A program made the position numbers and the translations under genes. The notes under the pieces were generated by a model, which searched no databases, was not told the origin of the DNA, and saw nothing but the letters and a program-made list of their open reading frames with translations. 64,000 nt of DNA from Oligoflexales bacterium (lineage in GTDB: Bacteria > Bdellovibrionota_B > Oligoflexia > Oligoflexales > Bog-1112), in assembly GCA_045106415.1 (NCBI GenBank), contig JBGCEP010000027.1:32001-96000 (forward strand). Direction: 5' to 3'. Shown piece by piece: positions 1 through 9,664 of the stretch; the first letter of the stretch is position 1, and each line of letters begins with the position of its first letter.

Positions 1-780
1 GAGTTCATACCTTCTGAGTTCCGTCCTCGAGGTTTTTTTTCTCACCCTCTCAATCTTGCTTATTCAACCTTAATAGGTTGGCCCCTAGCGCTCAGCCTGT
101 GGTTTAGAAAAAAAGATCTACGCAACACCCTTTTTCTTTTCGCTGTCACGACAATTCTCGCATTAACAATGTCTCGTACTGTTCAGGCTGTCGCTCTATG
201 CGCTGGAGTTTGGACTTTGCTCACTTTAGTCACCCCAAGTTCTAGAAAAAAAGTTCTTATAGGCGGACTCCTTCTTACCAGTATCATCCTTATCACCCCA
301 AACCCTATTGGACAAAAATTCATCGAAACATGGACTATTGGACTAGACCGTCATAGTCATTACACTTTCGATCGTATTGCTTTTTGGGATGTTCATTGGC
401 ATATGTTCCAAGAGCAACCACTCATCGGGCATGGAACATTACAAAACAATCAAACAAGACTCCCTTGGTATGCTTTACGCGGTTTACCAAATTTTAGTAA
501 ACCGTACCCAGCACACAACATGTATCTCCAGTTTTTAGTAGAAGGGGGACTTATTGCAGGATCCTTATTTCTATTATGGATCGCATCTATCTATAGAGAC
601 ATCTCTAAAATAGTTAACTTCAATCACAAGAATATTTGCTTTATCACCTGGACAAGTTTTGTATTTGCAGCAATGACACAAAACGCTTTCCAAGACAGCA
701 CTGTGCGTTTATGCCTTAGCCTCTTACTGTGTTTTATTGCTCTCACTCTCAAATATCAGAAGAACTCATCTCAACGATAG
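1..780 (+). CDS. O-antigen ligase (WaaL/Wzy_C) family membrane protein, 5'-truncated by window edge
   Basis: Frame is open from base 1 (EFIPSEFRPRGFFSHPLNLAY...). Has T-x-SR (TMSRT), 'R..FW...W.MF...PLIGHG' and 'AHNMYLQ..VEGG' motifs; multiple hydrophobic helices. Confidence 0.8.
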   Translation, partial: EFIPSEFRPRGFFSHPLNLAYSTLIGWPLALSLWFRKKDLRNTLFLFAVTTILALTMSRTVQAVALCAGVWTLLTLVTPSSRKKVLIGGLLLTSIILITPNPIGQKFIETWTIGLDRHSHYTFDRIAFWDVHWHMFQEQPLIGHGTLQNNQTRLPWYALRGLPNFSKPYPAHNMYLQFLVEGGLIAGSLFLLWIASIYRDISKIVNFNHKNICFITWTSFVFAAMTQNAFQDSTVRLCLSLLLCFIALTLKYQKNSSQR

Positions 781-846
781 ATAACAGCTCACCTCGAAAA
801 TGGCATCATCACCACTGAGTCGCAAACATCTGTTAAAATAGAAACG

Positions 847-1602
847 ATGTTTAAAAAAGAGGTGGGCAAAATGATTGCTATATTTCCAGAAATTTGCGCT
901 GAGACAGATCCTTGTAAAGTTGCCCAACTCGCTCGTCAATACTTTATCCTTCGCCCTCACACAGTTACACCCGACTTAGAAGCTATGGTCCTACGCTGCG
1001 GACTTAAACTCTCTTATCAACATCTAGACACTCAAAACACAAAAGCTATTCTTGCCGTTAAAGATGATAAAGGTCGTTTTGAAGGCGCCATACTCATTCA
1101 AGAAACCGTCTCTCTAGAAGAAAGACCCTTTCTTTTAACCCACTGTTTAGGCCTATATTTTCTAAAAACTTTGCCATCTATTGCCAGAGGTGATTTTAAA
1201 ACCTGTGGATACAAAATCATCCATTCACCACTCGAACACTATATTCAGCAGGGCTTCAGCGATATTGATGAGCAACAAGCTTCTCGCTTCTCTAGCGAAA
1301 TTTTATTACCAGAAGATAAAGTACAACGAGCATTTAAAAAAATAAATAATATTGAATCACTAGCTTCTTTCTTTCGAGTTTCACCTTTGTGTATGGAGCG
1401 CCGCGTCGTTGAATTAGGACTCACTTCAGCTTCAAAGCACTTATCCCTAAAAAGCACATCATCACCGGCACCTCGACAACTCAAGATGACCGTTCAACGC
1501 CCAGCTAAGCAACAGCAGCCCTCTAAACAGCAACAATCTGCAGCATCTTTGCAACGAATTAGAGCTCTTGCTCAGAAAATAGATCAATCCGTAAAGACAT
1601 AA
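847..1602 (+). CDS. ImmA/IrrE (peptidase M78)-like protein with degenerate zinc motif
   Basis: 'ERPFLLTHCLGL' aligns to R.RFTLAHELGH and 'EQQASRFSSEILLP' to E..A..FA..LL.P. 'LASFFRVSP' helix follows. HExxH is replaced by HCLGL. Confidence 0.65.
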   Translation: MFKKEVGKMIAIFPEICAETDPCKVAQLARQYFILRPHTVTPDLEAMVLRCGLKLSYQHLDTQNTKAILAVKDDKGRFEGAILIQETVSLEERPFLLTHCLGLYFLKTLPSIARGDFKTCGYKIIHSPLEHYIQQGFSDIDEQQASRFSSEILLPEDKVQRAFKKINNIESLASFFRVSPLCMERRVVELGLTSASKHLSLKSTSSPAPRQLKMTVQRPAKQQQPSKQQQSAASLQRIRALAQKIDQSVKT

Positions 1603-1693
1603 CCCCCTATTCAGAAAGAGTATAAAAGAAATACTATTTTTTTATGAATTTTCCCTCCAAATCGTCGACACGGTTCTTACTACAGGAGGGCTT

Positions 1694-2041
1694 ATGCAAG
1701 CTAGGCGTCCATGGCAAGACAAAGAACGCAGATCGAATAAAAGGTACTCTCTATCTGGTGTTATGCCCGGCAGAATACAACTTGAAGCAACGAGTCATGA
1801 CCTTATCTGTAAACCTCTTGATTTAAGTTCAGGGGGGTTAGGGCTGATTTCATCAACATTTATGAAAGTTGACGATAGGCTTGTGTTGTTTTTTCGAGAT
1901 AAAAGAATCATTCTCATTGTCCAATGGGCTCAACCAGATTTTGCAAAATCTGACTCATATAAATATGGACTCTGCCTTGGGGATAAGTCTCTAGATTTAA
2001 TAGAAATTTTCATAAGTGCTGGTTGTTTGAAAGAAGATTAA
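1694..2041 (+). CDS. PilZ domain protein (c-di-GMP receptor candidate)
   Basis: RxxxR (ERRSNKR) and DxSxxG (DLSSGG) motifs; RBS aggagg upstream. Confidence 0.8.
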   Translation: MQARRPWQDKERRSNKRYSLSGVMPGRIQLEATSHDLICKPLDLSSGGLGLISSTFMKVDDRLVLFFRDKRIILIVQWAQPDFAKSDSYKYGLCLGDKSLDLIEIFISAGCLKED

Positions 2042-2102
2042 AAAGTCGTCGAACTTATATTTTCATAATTTATACCGATCTGAATAGCAATAATAACGTC
2101 GA

Positions 2103-3242
2103 GTGTTTTTCATGCTATTTAGAAATATGTTATTTCTAAAAATAACATTTGCTATGTACATATTTTCTCTTACGAACATGTCTTTTTCACAAGACTTGGA
2201 TAAGCCTATACATATCTATACATGGCATAAAGTTCATGGTGCATCTTTTTATGAGGGTGTGATTTGGACTTCAAATGGACCTCAAACTTTTCAGACACAA
2301 GAAGATCATATTTCTATCGATATACCTGCTAAAGTTTATGTAAAAGCGTTCACATTGTCAGGCATACCTTTTGTTTCATTACCCCAAGTGGTACACACCA
2401 TGAGCTTTCGCAGAATCGATAAAACTCAGTTCATTAAAATACCCGTACTAACACCGCCCCCCCCAATAACAACTTCTTCTTTGTCTTTAACCCAAAAAGA
2501 ACAGGCCAAGAAAAAGAAGAAAGAAGAAAAAGAAGAAATTATCAGACTTGAAAAAGAACAAAAAGCAGCTTTTAACCATGAACCTTTTCGTTTTTTAAGA
2601 TTACATACAGGTTTAGGTTCAAAAAAACTTGATATAACCGGAGATGAGATCGAATTTTCAGGACAAAATGGTTATTTTTCTATTGGGTTTGAATTTTTCT
2701 CAAAACTATCAAAAAAACACTTTTTTCGAACAGCACACCAAATTCATAATTTTTCAATTAAAAAGAAAAATGAAAATTCTGCAACTACAACAACTGAGAC
2801 TATTCAAAACAAAGATCATAGCTTTGAAATACTTTCTCACTGGTATATTGATTTCACTCTAGGTATAGAATTTTCTACTTACCCTAGCTTAGTAGTCAGC
2901 CATGCGCAGACAGGAAGTCTAGATTTACAAGAGAATTATCAGTCCACATACCTGCTTGGTTTGGAATGGGCGAAAGAATTTTCTGAAAAATTTAGTTTTC
3001 GCTTACTTGGTCATATCTCTCGCGACATCTCCTCGAAATTTATGCACACTACAATTAAATTTCGAACATATTATGCAGTATCACCACTTTTTCAGATATA
3101 TTCATCTTTAGAAAACCACAAGAAAACAAGTGATTTTCTATTAAAATGCCCAAATGGGTCTGAACTCTCAATTTGTGGGAGTAACACAAAGGGCACAACT
3201 CAATTTTCTGAATTAGATATCGGAATTGGATTTCATTTTTAG
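2103..3242 (+). CDS. Hypothetical secreted/outer-membrane beta-barrel protein (start uncertain)
   Basis: Signal-like N-terminus, Pro/Lys/Glu-rich linker, amphipathic strands, C-terminal 'DIGIGFHF' BAM-type motif. Confidence 0.55.
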   Translation: MFFMLFRNMLFLKITFAMYIFSLTNMSFSQDLDKPIHIYTWHKVHGASFYEGVIWTSNGPQTFQTQEDHISIDIPAKVYVKAFTLSGIPFVSLPQVVHTMSFRRIDKTQFIKIPVLTPPPPITTSSLSLTQKEQAKKKKKEEKEEIIRLEKEQKAAFNHEPFRFLRLHTGLGSKKLDITGDEIEFSGQNGYFSIGFEFFSKLSKKHFFRTAHQIHNFSIKKKNENSATTTTETIQNKDHSFEILSHWYIDFTLGIEFSTYPSLVVSHAQTGSLDLQENYQSTYLLGLEWAKEFSEKFSFRLLGHISRDISSKFMHTTIKFRTYYAVSPLFQIYSSLENHKKTSDFLLKCPNGSELSICGSNTKGTTQFSELDIGIGFHF

Positions 3243-3363
3243 GTATTTCTTACCTATTACAGCTAGAAACAAAGAAGAGCGTAGGAAAATACTAAAACCT
3301 TATGGTAAGGTATATGTTAGGATTGAAGGGTCTTAAAGCCAAAACATCATAAGGAGCTCGATT

Positions 3364-3801
3364 TTGGTCAAGAAAGCAAAGAAAAAAGCGACGAAGAAAG
3401 CTGTCGGTCGCCCACGTAAAAAAACAGCCACAAAGACAACGGCTAAGAAAACTACAAAAAAAGTTACTAAGAAAAAAACAGCTAAGAAAGCTGCTAAAAA
3501 AGTAACTAAAAAAATCACTAAGAAAACGACTAAAAAAGTTACAAAGGTAGCTAAAAAAGTCACTAAGAAAAAAACGGCTAAGAAAGCTACTAAAAAAGTA
3601 ACTAAAAAGGTCACTAAGAAAACGACTAAAAAAGTTACAAAGGCAGCTAAAAAAGTCACTAAGAAAAAAACAGCTAAGAAAGCTGTTAAAAAAGTAGCTA
3701 AAAAAGTTACTAAGAAAAAAACAGCTAAAAAAGCTGTCAAGAAAAAAACTAAAAAAGCTTCTGCAGGCCGCAAAAAAACAAACGGTTCTAGCAAAAAGTA
3801 A
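3364..3801 (+). CDS. Histone H1-like lysine-rich nucleoid protein with AT-hook-like motif
   Basis: TTG start after aaggag RBS; KKTAKK/KKVTKK repeats; GRPRK near N-terminus. Confidence 0.75.
   Translation: MVKKAKKKATKKAVGRPRKKTATKTTAKKTTKKVTKKKTAKKAAKKVTKKITKKTTKKVTKVAKKVTKKKTAKKATKKVTKKVTKKTTKKVTKAAKKVTKKKTAKKAVKKVAKKVTKKKTAKKAVKKKTKKASAGRKKTNGSSKK
3457..3744 (+). repeat. Intragenic tandem repeat: two 96-nt (32-aa) units plus two partial units
   Basis: KKVTKKKTAKKAAKKVTKKITKKTTKKVTKVA / KKVTKKKTAKKATKKVTKKVTKKTTKKVTKAA / KKVTKKKTAKKAVKKVA / KKVTKKKTAKKAVKK. Confidence 0.85.
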
Positions 3802-3806
3802 AGCTT

Positions 3807-3830
3807 CTGGGGTCATTTCTATGGCCCCAG
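3807..3830. terminator. GC-rich hairpin between convergent genes
   Basis: ctggggtcat-ttct-atggccccag, 10-bp stem with one G-U pair; no clear U-tract. Confidence 0.45.
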
Positions 3831-3834
3831 CCCC

Positions 3835-4860
3835 TTATGATCCTTTCGGGTCTAATGCCTTTTGGATTCCTTCACCAATAAAATTAAACATTGTAATGGT
3901 CAACACCATTACAATGAATGTTGAAAGCATGATCCACCAACTATCAAGGTTTGATTTACCTTGAGCCAGCAGTTCTCCAAGGCTTGGTGTTGGAGGTGGC
4001 GCCCCTAACCCTAAAAAATCTAATGCTGCCAAACTTGAGATTCCACCTGAAATACGAAAAGGAAAAAATGTAATCACAGGGGTCAATGCATTTGGTAAAA
4101 TATGTTTCATCATCACTCGAAAACGAGATGCTCCTAAAACAGATGCTGCTTGAACATATTCAAATTCTCGAGCTCTCAAAAATTCTGCTCGAACATAGGC
4201 AGACAAGCCCATCCACCCCATAAGAGTCATAATACAAAGCATCATACCCAAGGACGCCTCAAAAAGAGATGTCATGATAATCAAAATAAAAAGCTCAGGA
4301 AGCGATGACCACACTTCTGTTAGGCGCTGACCTAGCATATCAACACGCCCTCCAAAATATCCTTGAATAGCTCCAGCAAAGACACCTAAAAATGATGAAG
4401 AAATCGCTAAAAAAAGACCGAAAATCACTGATAATCTAAACCCAAAAATCAATCGAGCCAGAACATCACGCGCTCGATCGTCCGTACCAAGGGGATGTGA
4501 CAAGTCCGGTGGCGATGGAGCAGGATGATCTAAATTCAAATCAATATCTGTTGGGCCATAGCGCACGATCGGCCAAACCACAAAGTTAGGTGATTGATTC
4601 ATCGCATCATAAATCTCAGGTTCTTTATAATGAGTCTCAGTTTCAAAGAAACCTCCAAAAGTTGTTTCTGGGTATGAGACTAAAACAGGGAAATAAGCTT
4701 GACCATTGTAATAAGCAAAAAGCGGCCTATGGTTACATAAAAAATCACCAAAAAGTGAGATTATTAAAGCAAAACTTAAACCACAAAGACTTATAAAAGC
4801 TCGCTTTTGTTGATAAAAAATATAAAATCTTTTTTTGGACAGCTCGGAAATAGTGATCAT
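3835..4860 (-). CDS. yejE: Peptide/microcin C ABC transporter permease (YejE-like)
   Basis: 'YPETTFGG.FETE..Y', 'LGTDDR.RDVLARLI.GFR.S', EAA loop 'RAEFLRAR..EYV.AA..LGA'. Confidence 0.85.
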   Translation of the reverse strand: MITISELSKKRFYIFYQQKRAFISLCGLSFALIISLFGDFLCNHRPLFAYYNGQAYFPVLVSYPETTFGGFFETETHYKEPEIYDAMNQSPNFVVWPIVRYGPTDIDLNLDHPAPSPPDLSHPLGTDDRARDVLARLIFGFRLSVIFGLFLAISSSFLGVFAGAIQGYFGGRVDMLGQRLTEVWSSLPELFILIIMTSLFEASLGMMLCIMTLMGWMGLSAYVRAEFLRAREFEYVQAASVLGASRFRVMMKHILPNALTPVITFFPFRISGGISSLAALDFLGLGAPPPTPSLGELLAQGKSNLDSWWIMLSTFIVMVLTITMFNFIGEGIQKALDPKGS

Positions 4861-5903
4861 AAAGAATCTTTCTCCTCAAAACTAATCCTTGGATCAATCC
4901 AAACGTACATAAGATCACCTAGAAGATTTCCAATAATGTATAACATTGAAAAAATGAATAAGTTTGCCATCACAACAGGATAATCTCTTCGAACCACAGC
5001 CTCCCAAGACAAGAGCCCTAAACCATCTAATGAAAACAAAGATTCAATAAGCAAAGATGATCCAAAAAGTATTGTTAAAAAACTTCCCGCAAACCCTGTA
5101 ACCAAGGGAATCATTGAATTTCTGAATACATGCCTCCAAATTACCTGCCTCTCCTTTAAACCTTTCGCCCTAGCCGTTAAAGTGTATTGTTGACGAATAT
5201 TTTCAATGACTGAGTTACGAGTCAGGTTAGTCATAACAGCAAAACTACCGATCGTCATGCACGTCACGGGTAAAATAAGATGATGCAAATAATCTAAAAT
5301 CTTTCCTGATAAGCTCAAAGTTTCAAAGTGGTCTGATGTTAAACCTCTTAAAGGGAAAAAATCCCAAAAACTTCCTCCTCCAAACAATACCATTAAAAAA
5401 ACTCCAAGGACAAAACCTGGGATGCTATATCCTACGAGGACCCAGGCTGTGGAGATCACATCAAACAAACTCCCTCTCTTTAACGCTTTCATCACTCCTA
5501 AAGGAATACAAATAAGATACGTAAGAAGAAATGAAATAATTCCTAAAGATGCAGACACAGGCATTTTTTCTGCAATCAAAACAGAAACTTTCTTGTGATA
5601 AAAGTAAGATTCACCAAATTGAAAAGTAAATAGCTTATAACACCAATCCATAAACTGCTTATGAATAGGTTTATCAAAACCATAAAGCTTTTTGAGAGCC
5701 AAAATCTGATCTTCAGTGATACCTTGTTTATAGCTGTCAGAATTTTGACCCGATACTTCACCTCCAGATCCATGAATCCGTGATTGTATCGCCTGTTCAA
5801 CCGGTCCCCCTGGAACGAGCTGAATAAGACCAAAAGTAAGTAATACCACACCAAAAAGAGTAGGTATCATAAGTAGGACACGATTTAGGACATACCTTCC
5901 CAT
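4857..5903 (-). CDS. yejB: Peptide ABC transporter permease (YejB-like)
   Basis: 'R.LLMIPTLFG', 'PGGPVEQ', 'YGFDKP', 'FPLRGL.S', 'TARAKGL', 'DPRI.F'. Confidence 0.85.
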   Translation of the reverse strand: MGRYVLNRVLLMIPTLFGVVLLTFGLIQLVPGGPVEQAIQSRIHGSGGEVSGQNSDSYKQGITEDQILALKKLYGFDKPIHKQFMDWCYKLFTFQFGESYFYHKKVSVLIAEKMPVSASLGIISFLLTYLICIPLGVMKALKRGSLFDVISTAWVLVGYSIPGFVLGVFLMVLFGGGSFWDFFPLRGLTSDHFETLSLSGKILDYLHHLILPVTCMTIGSFAVMTNLTRNSVIENIRQQYTLTARAKGLKERQVIWRHVFRNSMIPLVTGFAGSFLTILFGSSLLIESLFSLDGLGLLSWEAVVRRDYPVVMANLFIFSMLYIIGNLLGDLMYVWIDPRISFEEKDSL

Positions 5904-5920
5904 AGAACCTCTTTTATCTT

Positions 5921-7720
5921 TTAGTGTTTATCTTTTTTTTGTTTTGCCCACATCACATCAAGGTACAACAAAGGTGATAAATACGGAGGAAGAACCTCTG
6001 GCCAATCATACTTATCCCAAATAGCAATTCTTTCATAATCAATATGCCAATTATGAACAGCTATATGAGAATGATAAAGAATTCGATCTAAAAGGTGCGT
6101 ATAAAAGATTAAATCTTCTTGTTTAGTCGTGTAGATGAGACTGTGTACAACTTCATCTATCGCTGGATTCTTCAAACCCATTACATTACGAGAGTATTTT
6201 TCATCTGCAGCATCAGAATGCCAAAAACTTTTCTGTTCATTACCTGGTGATAATGACTGACCTAAGCTATAGACGATGACATCAAAATCTCTTTCCTGAA
6301 CTTTTTTTTGATAAACAGACCGATCTTTAATATCAATCTCCACTTTTACGCCAAGACGTTTTAAATTCTTAGCCCATGGCTCAATCACTCTTGCCATAAC
6401 AGGCGAGGAAAGAAGCATTGAAAAAGATAAGGGGCCTTGTGAATTCGTTAAAACCCCATCCTTAATTTGGTAGCCAGCATCTTTTAAAAGAGCGTGAGCT
6501 TGTCTCAACCGCTGTCTATCATTCAATCCGTTACCGAGAGACCCCATAGCACTGTTCCATGATTCTTCTGGGACAAATCCTGGGAATTTTTTAGCTAGAG
6601 ACTGCAGAGCATCTTTTTCTTTTAGAGTCACTTGTCCCCTTGCTGCAAGTTCCGAGTTCTCAAAAAAACTTTTGTTTTCTTTATACTGCCCATAGAAAAG
6701 AGTTTTATTGGTCCACTCGAAATCAAAAGCTAAAGCCAAAGCTTTTCTTACTCGAATATCTTTAAATAAAGGATTGCGTAAATTCCAATGGAATGCCTGA
6801 GATCCTCGAGAGTTTTCATGCTTCCATTTTAATTTACGAATAAGTCCTGACTCAAATTTTTTACCATCAAGATCATTCGCCCATACTCGAGAGTTATTAC
6901 ATACATAAAAATCAAACTCTCCTTTTTTAAGGCCTTCCACTAGAGCTGTCGTATCCCTGTAGTATGTAATAACAATTTCATTAAAATTATAGAGACCTCG
7001 AAAAAAGGGTTTCTCATTTCCCCAAAAGTTTGGGTTTCTCTGATATTCAATCGACGAACCTCTTTTAAAATCTTTTACAACATAGGGTCCAGATCCAATA
7101 GCTTTTCCTGAAAAATCTTTGCCAAAACTTCCTTTACCATAAATATGCTTTGGCAAGATCGGAAGTTCCATTGTGATCATTGGAAGTTCAGGGTTGACCT
7201 TATGAAAAAAGAATTTAATCCTTGAATTATTCACTTTTTCAATACGAATAATGTCTTGCCAATAAGATCGATACCATGGTTGCACTTTATCTGATTGGAA
7301 CAATTCAAGACTAAAAATAACATCTTCAGCTGTGACAGGATGCCCATCTGAAAATTTAGCATCTTCATATAAATCAACTGTTAAAGATTTGTGATCTTCT
7401 GCTACTAAAAAATTTTTCCCTAAAGACGGGTAGTTCACAGCAGGGTCATCAAGCACAGATTGTCCCAGGGTTTGAAACACCAGGTGATTTAACAATATAG
7501 CAGCCAAACCTTTTGGGGCATATGGATTTAAAGTATCAAATGTTCCTTCTTGACCTACTTCAATACGACCACCTTTAGGTGCATCAGGATTCACATAAGG
7601 CAACGCGATTAAATCTTTAGGATGTTTAGGTGTTTTACGGATACCAACACCATTCCACCCATAGGCTACTGACACCCACATAAGACCCAATATTTTAAAA
7701 AATTTCACGATCACCTCCAA
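5921..7720 (-). CDS. yejA: Peptide ABC transporter substrate-binding protein, family 5 (YejA-like)
   Basis: 'YVNPDAPKGG', 'GTFD.LNP', 'GSGPY', 'D.RVR.AL..AFDFEW.NK.LFYG.Y', 'SPGNEQ..FW.S'. Confidence 0.85.
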   Translation of the reverse strand: MEVIVKFFKILGLMWVSVAYGWNGVGIRKTPKHPKDLIALPYVNPDAPKGGRIEVGQEGTFDTLNPYAPKGLAAILLNHLVFQTLGQSVLDDPAVNYPSLGKNFLVAEDHKSLTVDLYEDAKFSDGHPVTAEDVIFSLELFQSDKVQPWYRSYWQDIIRIEKVNNSRIKFFFHKVNPELPMITMELPILPKHIYGKGSFGKDFSGKAIGSGPYVVKDFKRGSSIEYQRNPNFWGNEKPFFRGLYNFNEIVITYYRDTTALVEGLKKGEFDFYVCNNSRVWANDLDGKKFESGLIRKLKWKHENSRGSQAFHWNLRNPLFKDIRVRKALALAFDFEWTNKTLFYGQYKENKSFFENSELAARGQVTLKEKDALQSLAKKFPGFVPEESWNSAMGSLGNGLNDRQRLRQAHALLKDAGYQIKDGVLTNSQGPLSFSMLLSSPVMARVIEPWAKNLKRLGVKVEIDIKDRSVYQKKVQERDFDVIVYSLGQSLSPGNEQKSFWHSDAADEKYSRNVMGLKNPAIDEVVHSLIYTTKQEDLIFYTHLLDRILYHSHIAVHNWHIDYERIAIWDKYDWPEVLPPYLSPLLYLDVMWAKQKKDKH

Positions 7721-7864
7721 ATATGCTTTTTTCCATTTTAACTGATCCTGCGTGGAGTTTCTTGTTTCACTAGCATCTATTGATTTTTATTTACAAATCG
7801 CATTTTATTTCTCATAAAACTTAAATAAGACATATATAAAGAAAGATATTCTGATAAGATAGAC

Positions 7865-7900
7865 CTCATACCTATGAGACTTATGAGACCTATGAGACCT
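7865..7900. repeat. Short 9-nt direct repeats (cYtatgaga x3) overlapping a ctcata-cc-tatgag palindrome
   Basis: cctatgaga cttatgaga cctatgaga at 7871-7897 in the divergent intergenic region. Confidence 0.6.
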
Positions 7901-7910
7901 AGAGAGATAT

Positions 7911-8948
7911 ATGTTGTCTACTATTTTAAATCTTATAAAACTAGTCATGTCTAGCTTTATTCGTCAAATTCGTTATCAAGTCATTCGAGAAAGCTCTATT
8001 TTTTTCAGCATGGCTATTTTTTTATTATTAATTCGATATATTTCACAAGATTTCCTAAACAAAATACTCCATCAAATATCAGCACCTATGTATGAACAAG
8101 CGACAACTCTATGGGTTTATTCAGTCATGATTATGAGCTCATGGGGTCTACGATTAAGTTTTACAGAGCAATCCATAAGCCAGTTCGCTAGCTTTTATTC
8201 TACTCCTAAAAATCCACTTTTCTTTTTTAAGATTCTGGAAAAATTCATCATACCCTTGTTGATATTAATGATTATCGGATCTTTACTAGGACTTTCTTTT
8301 CAGTACAGTTTTCATATTTCTTATCTTTTCATTTTATGCCTTTGTATTTTATATATCCCGAAGCATACACGATCGATTCACGGACTTCCTTTTCACCCTT
8401 CAAATACAGCTATAGGTACTCAAATAAGATGGAGACTATCTCAAATCATCAGATCTGAATGGTCTCAAGTCAGCCTTCTTCTATTTACAATGATTATTCC
8501 TTGGATTCTTTCTAATTATCCAAAACTTTACCAGCAAGCCCTATGGGTGTGGGTTCTCAGTTTTGGCTACGCACTCGTCATTATCAAGGGGATGTCACAA
8601 GCTCTTAAAAACTCTCATTTTGAAAAAACAGCTGGTCTTTCTCATGTCACATGGCTTTTCAGTTTTGAAATTACAATTCTCATTTTATCTCTTATACCAA
8701 GCAGCCTTATATTCTACGCGACACAAAACGCACACTTATGCTTCATCATGCTTGCAACTCCATGGCTTGTTCCATGGGTTCTACTGCAACTTGATGGAAA
8801 ACGACCTGCACTTGTGATACCGAGCTTATGGTTGTGTTCAATTTTTTGGTCAACAGCCCTTCTCGCACATCCTGCTTTTATTATCTGTGCTTTTCCAATT
8901 CGAGCTTTTGGATACCAATCACAACATGATCGATTTTACGGAGCTTAA
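7911..8948 (+). CDS. Polytopic membrane protein, probable ABC exporter permease
   Basis: About 10 hydrophobic segments; directly upstream of an ABC ATPase. Confidence 0.6.
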   Translation: MLSTILNLIKLVMSSFIRQIRYQVIRESSIFFSMAIFLLLIRYISQDFLNKILHQISAPMYEQATTLWVYSVMIMSSWGLRLSFTEQSISQFASFYSTPKNPLFFFKILEKFIIPLLILMIIGSLLGLSFQYSFHISYLFILCLCILYIPKHTRSIHGLPFHPSNTAIGTQIRWRLSQIIRSEWSQVSLLLFTMIIPWILSNYPKLYQQALWVWVLSFGYALVIIKGMSQALKNSHFEKTAGLSHVTWLFSFEITILILSLIPSSLIFYATQNAHLCFIMLATPWLVPWVLLQLDGKRPALVIPSLWLCSIFWSTALLAHPAFIICAFPIRAFGYQSQHDRFYGA

Positions 8949-8950
8949 AA

Positions 8951-9637
8951 ATGAATATTTCTGTTAAAAAACTTGAAAAGAAATATCCTGAATTTCAACT
9001 TGGCCCTCTTAACTTTGAGTGGGAGCAAGGCCAAAATATTGTGATTATTGGTGGCAATGGCGCTGGAAAGTCAACACTCTTTCAAATTTTAACTGGCCAA
9101 AAAAGCTATGATTGCGGACAAGTTTATATCAACAAGCAACAAATGACAACTCATTCTCACGAACTCAAAAAAAGCATTGGGTACCTCCCACAGAACCTTA
9201 CTCTTCCACCATGGTCAACGCCTCTCGAGGTTCTCAATTATGTCCGCCACCTCCACAGCTCAAAACAATCAGCCAATGAACTACTAAAAATATGGGACTG
9301 CCATGAATTTGCAAATAAACCCCTCAACATGTGTTCCCACGGTATGCACAAACGTGTTGGATTAGCTCTTTGCACAATACATGACCCAAGCATCCTTATT
9401 TTAGACGAGCCTTTTTCTGGCTTAGATCTCTACCATCTCAAGACATTGCACCAGCTTTTAGAAGCAAGACATTCGCAAGGTCTCATGACTATTTTAGCAA
9501 CACACATCGCTCCCTATGCAGCCCGTTATGCGCAACAAGCTTGGCACATGAATCAAGGGTCTCTTACTCAAGTCAAAACATGGCCAACACTAACAACAGA
9601 TAAAAAAATAACCCTTATGGAAGAAACTTTCTCATAA
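8951..9637 (+). CDS. ABC transporter ATP-binding protein
   Basis: Walker A GGNGAGKS, Q-loop GYLPQ, signature variant CSHGM, Walker B LILDEP, H-loop ATH. Confidence 0.9.
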   Translation: MNISVKKLEKKYPEFQLGPLNFEWEQGQNIVIIGGNGAGKSTLFQILTGQKSYDCGQVYINKQQMTTHSHELKKSIGYLPQNLTLPPWSTPLEVLNYVRHLHSSKQSANELLKIWDCHEFANKPLNMCSHGMHKRVGLALCTIHDPSILILDEPFSGLDLYHLKTLHQLLEARHSQGLMTILATHIAPYAARYAQQAWHMNQGSLTQVKTWPTLTTDKKITLMEETFS

Positions 9638-9664
9638 GAGTCACCTAAAATCATGATCAAAGAT

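Noticed and set aside
3457..3744. Repeat array as possible CRISPR
   Set aside because: In-frame coding repeats with no unique spacers and no cas genes.
3292..3816. Two antisense hydrophobic ORFs (3292-3816, 3333-3794) that look like membrane proteins
   Set aside because: Mirror of the Lys-codon repeat gene; the plus strand has the RBS and a coherent H1-like product.
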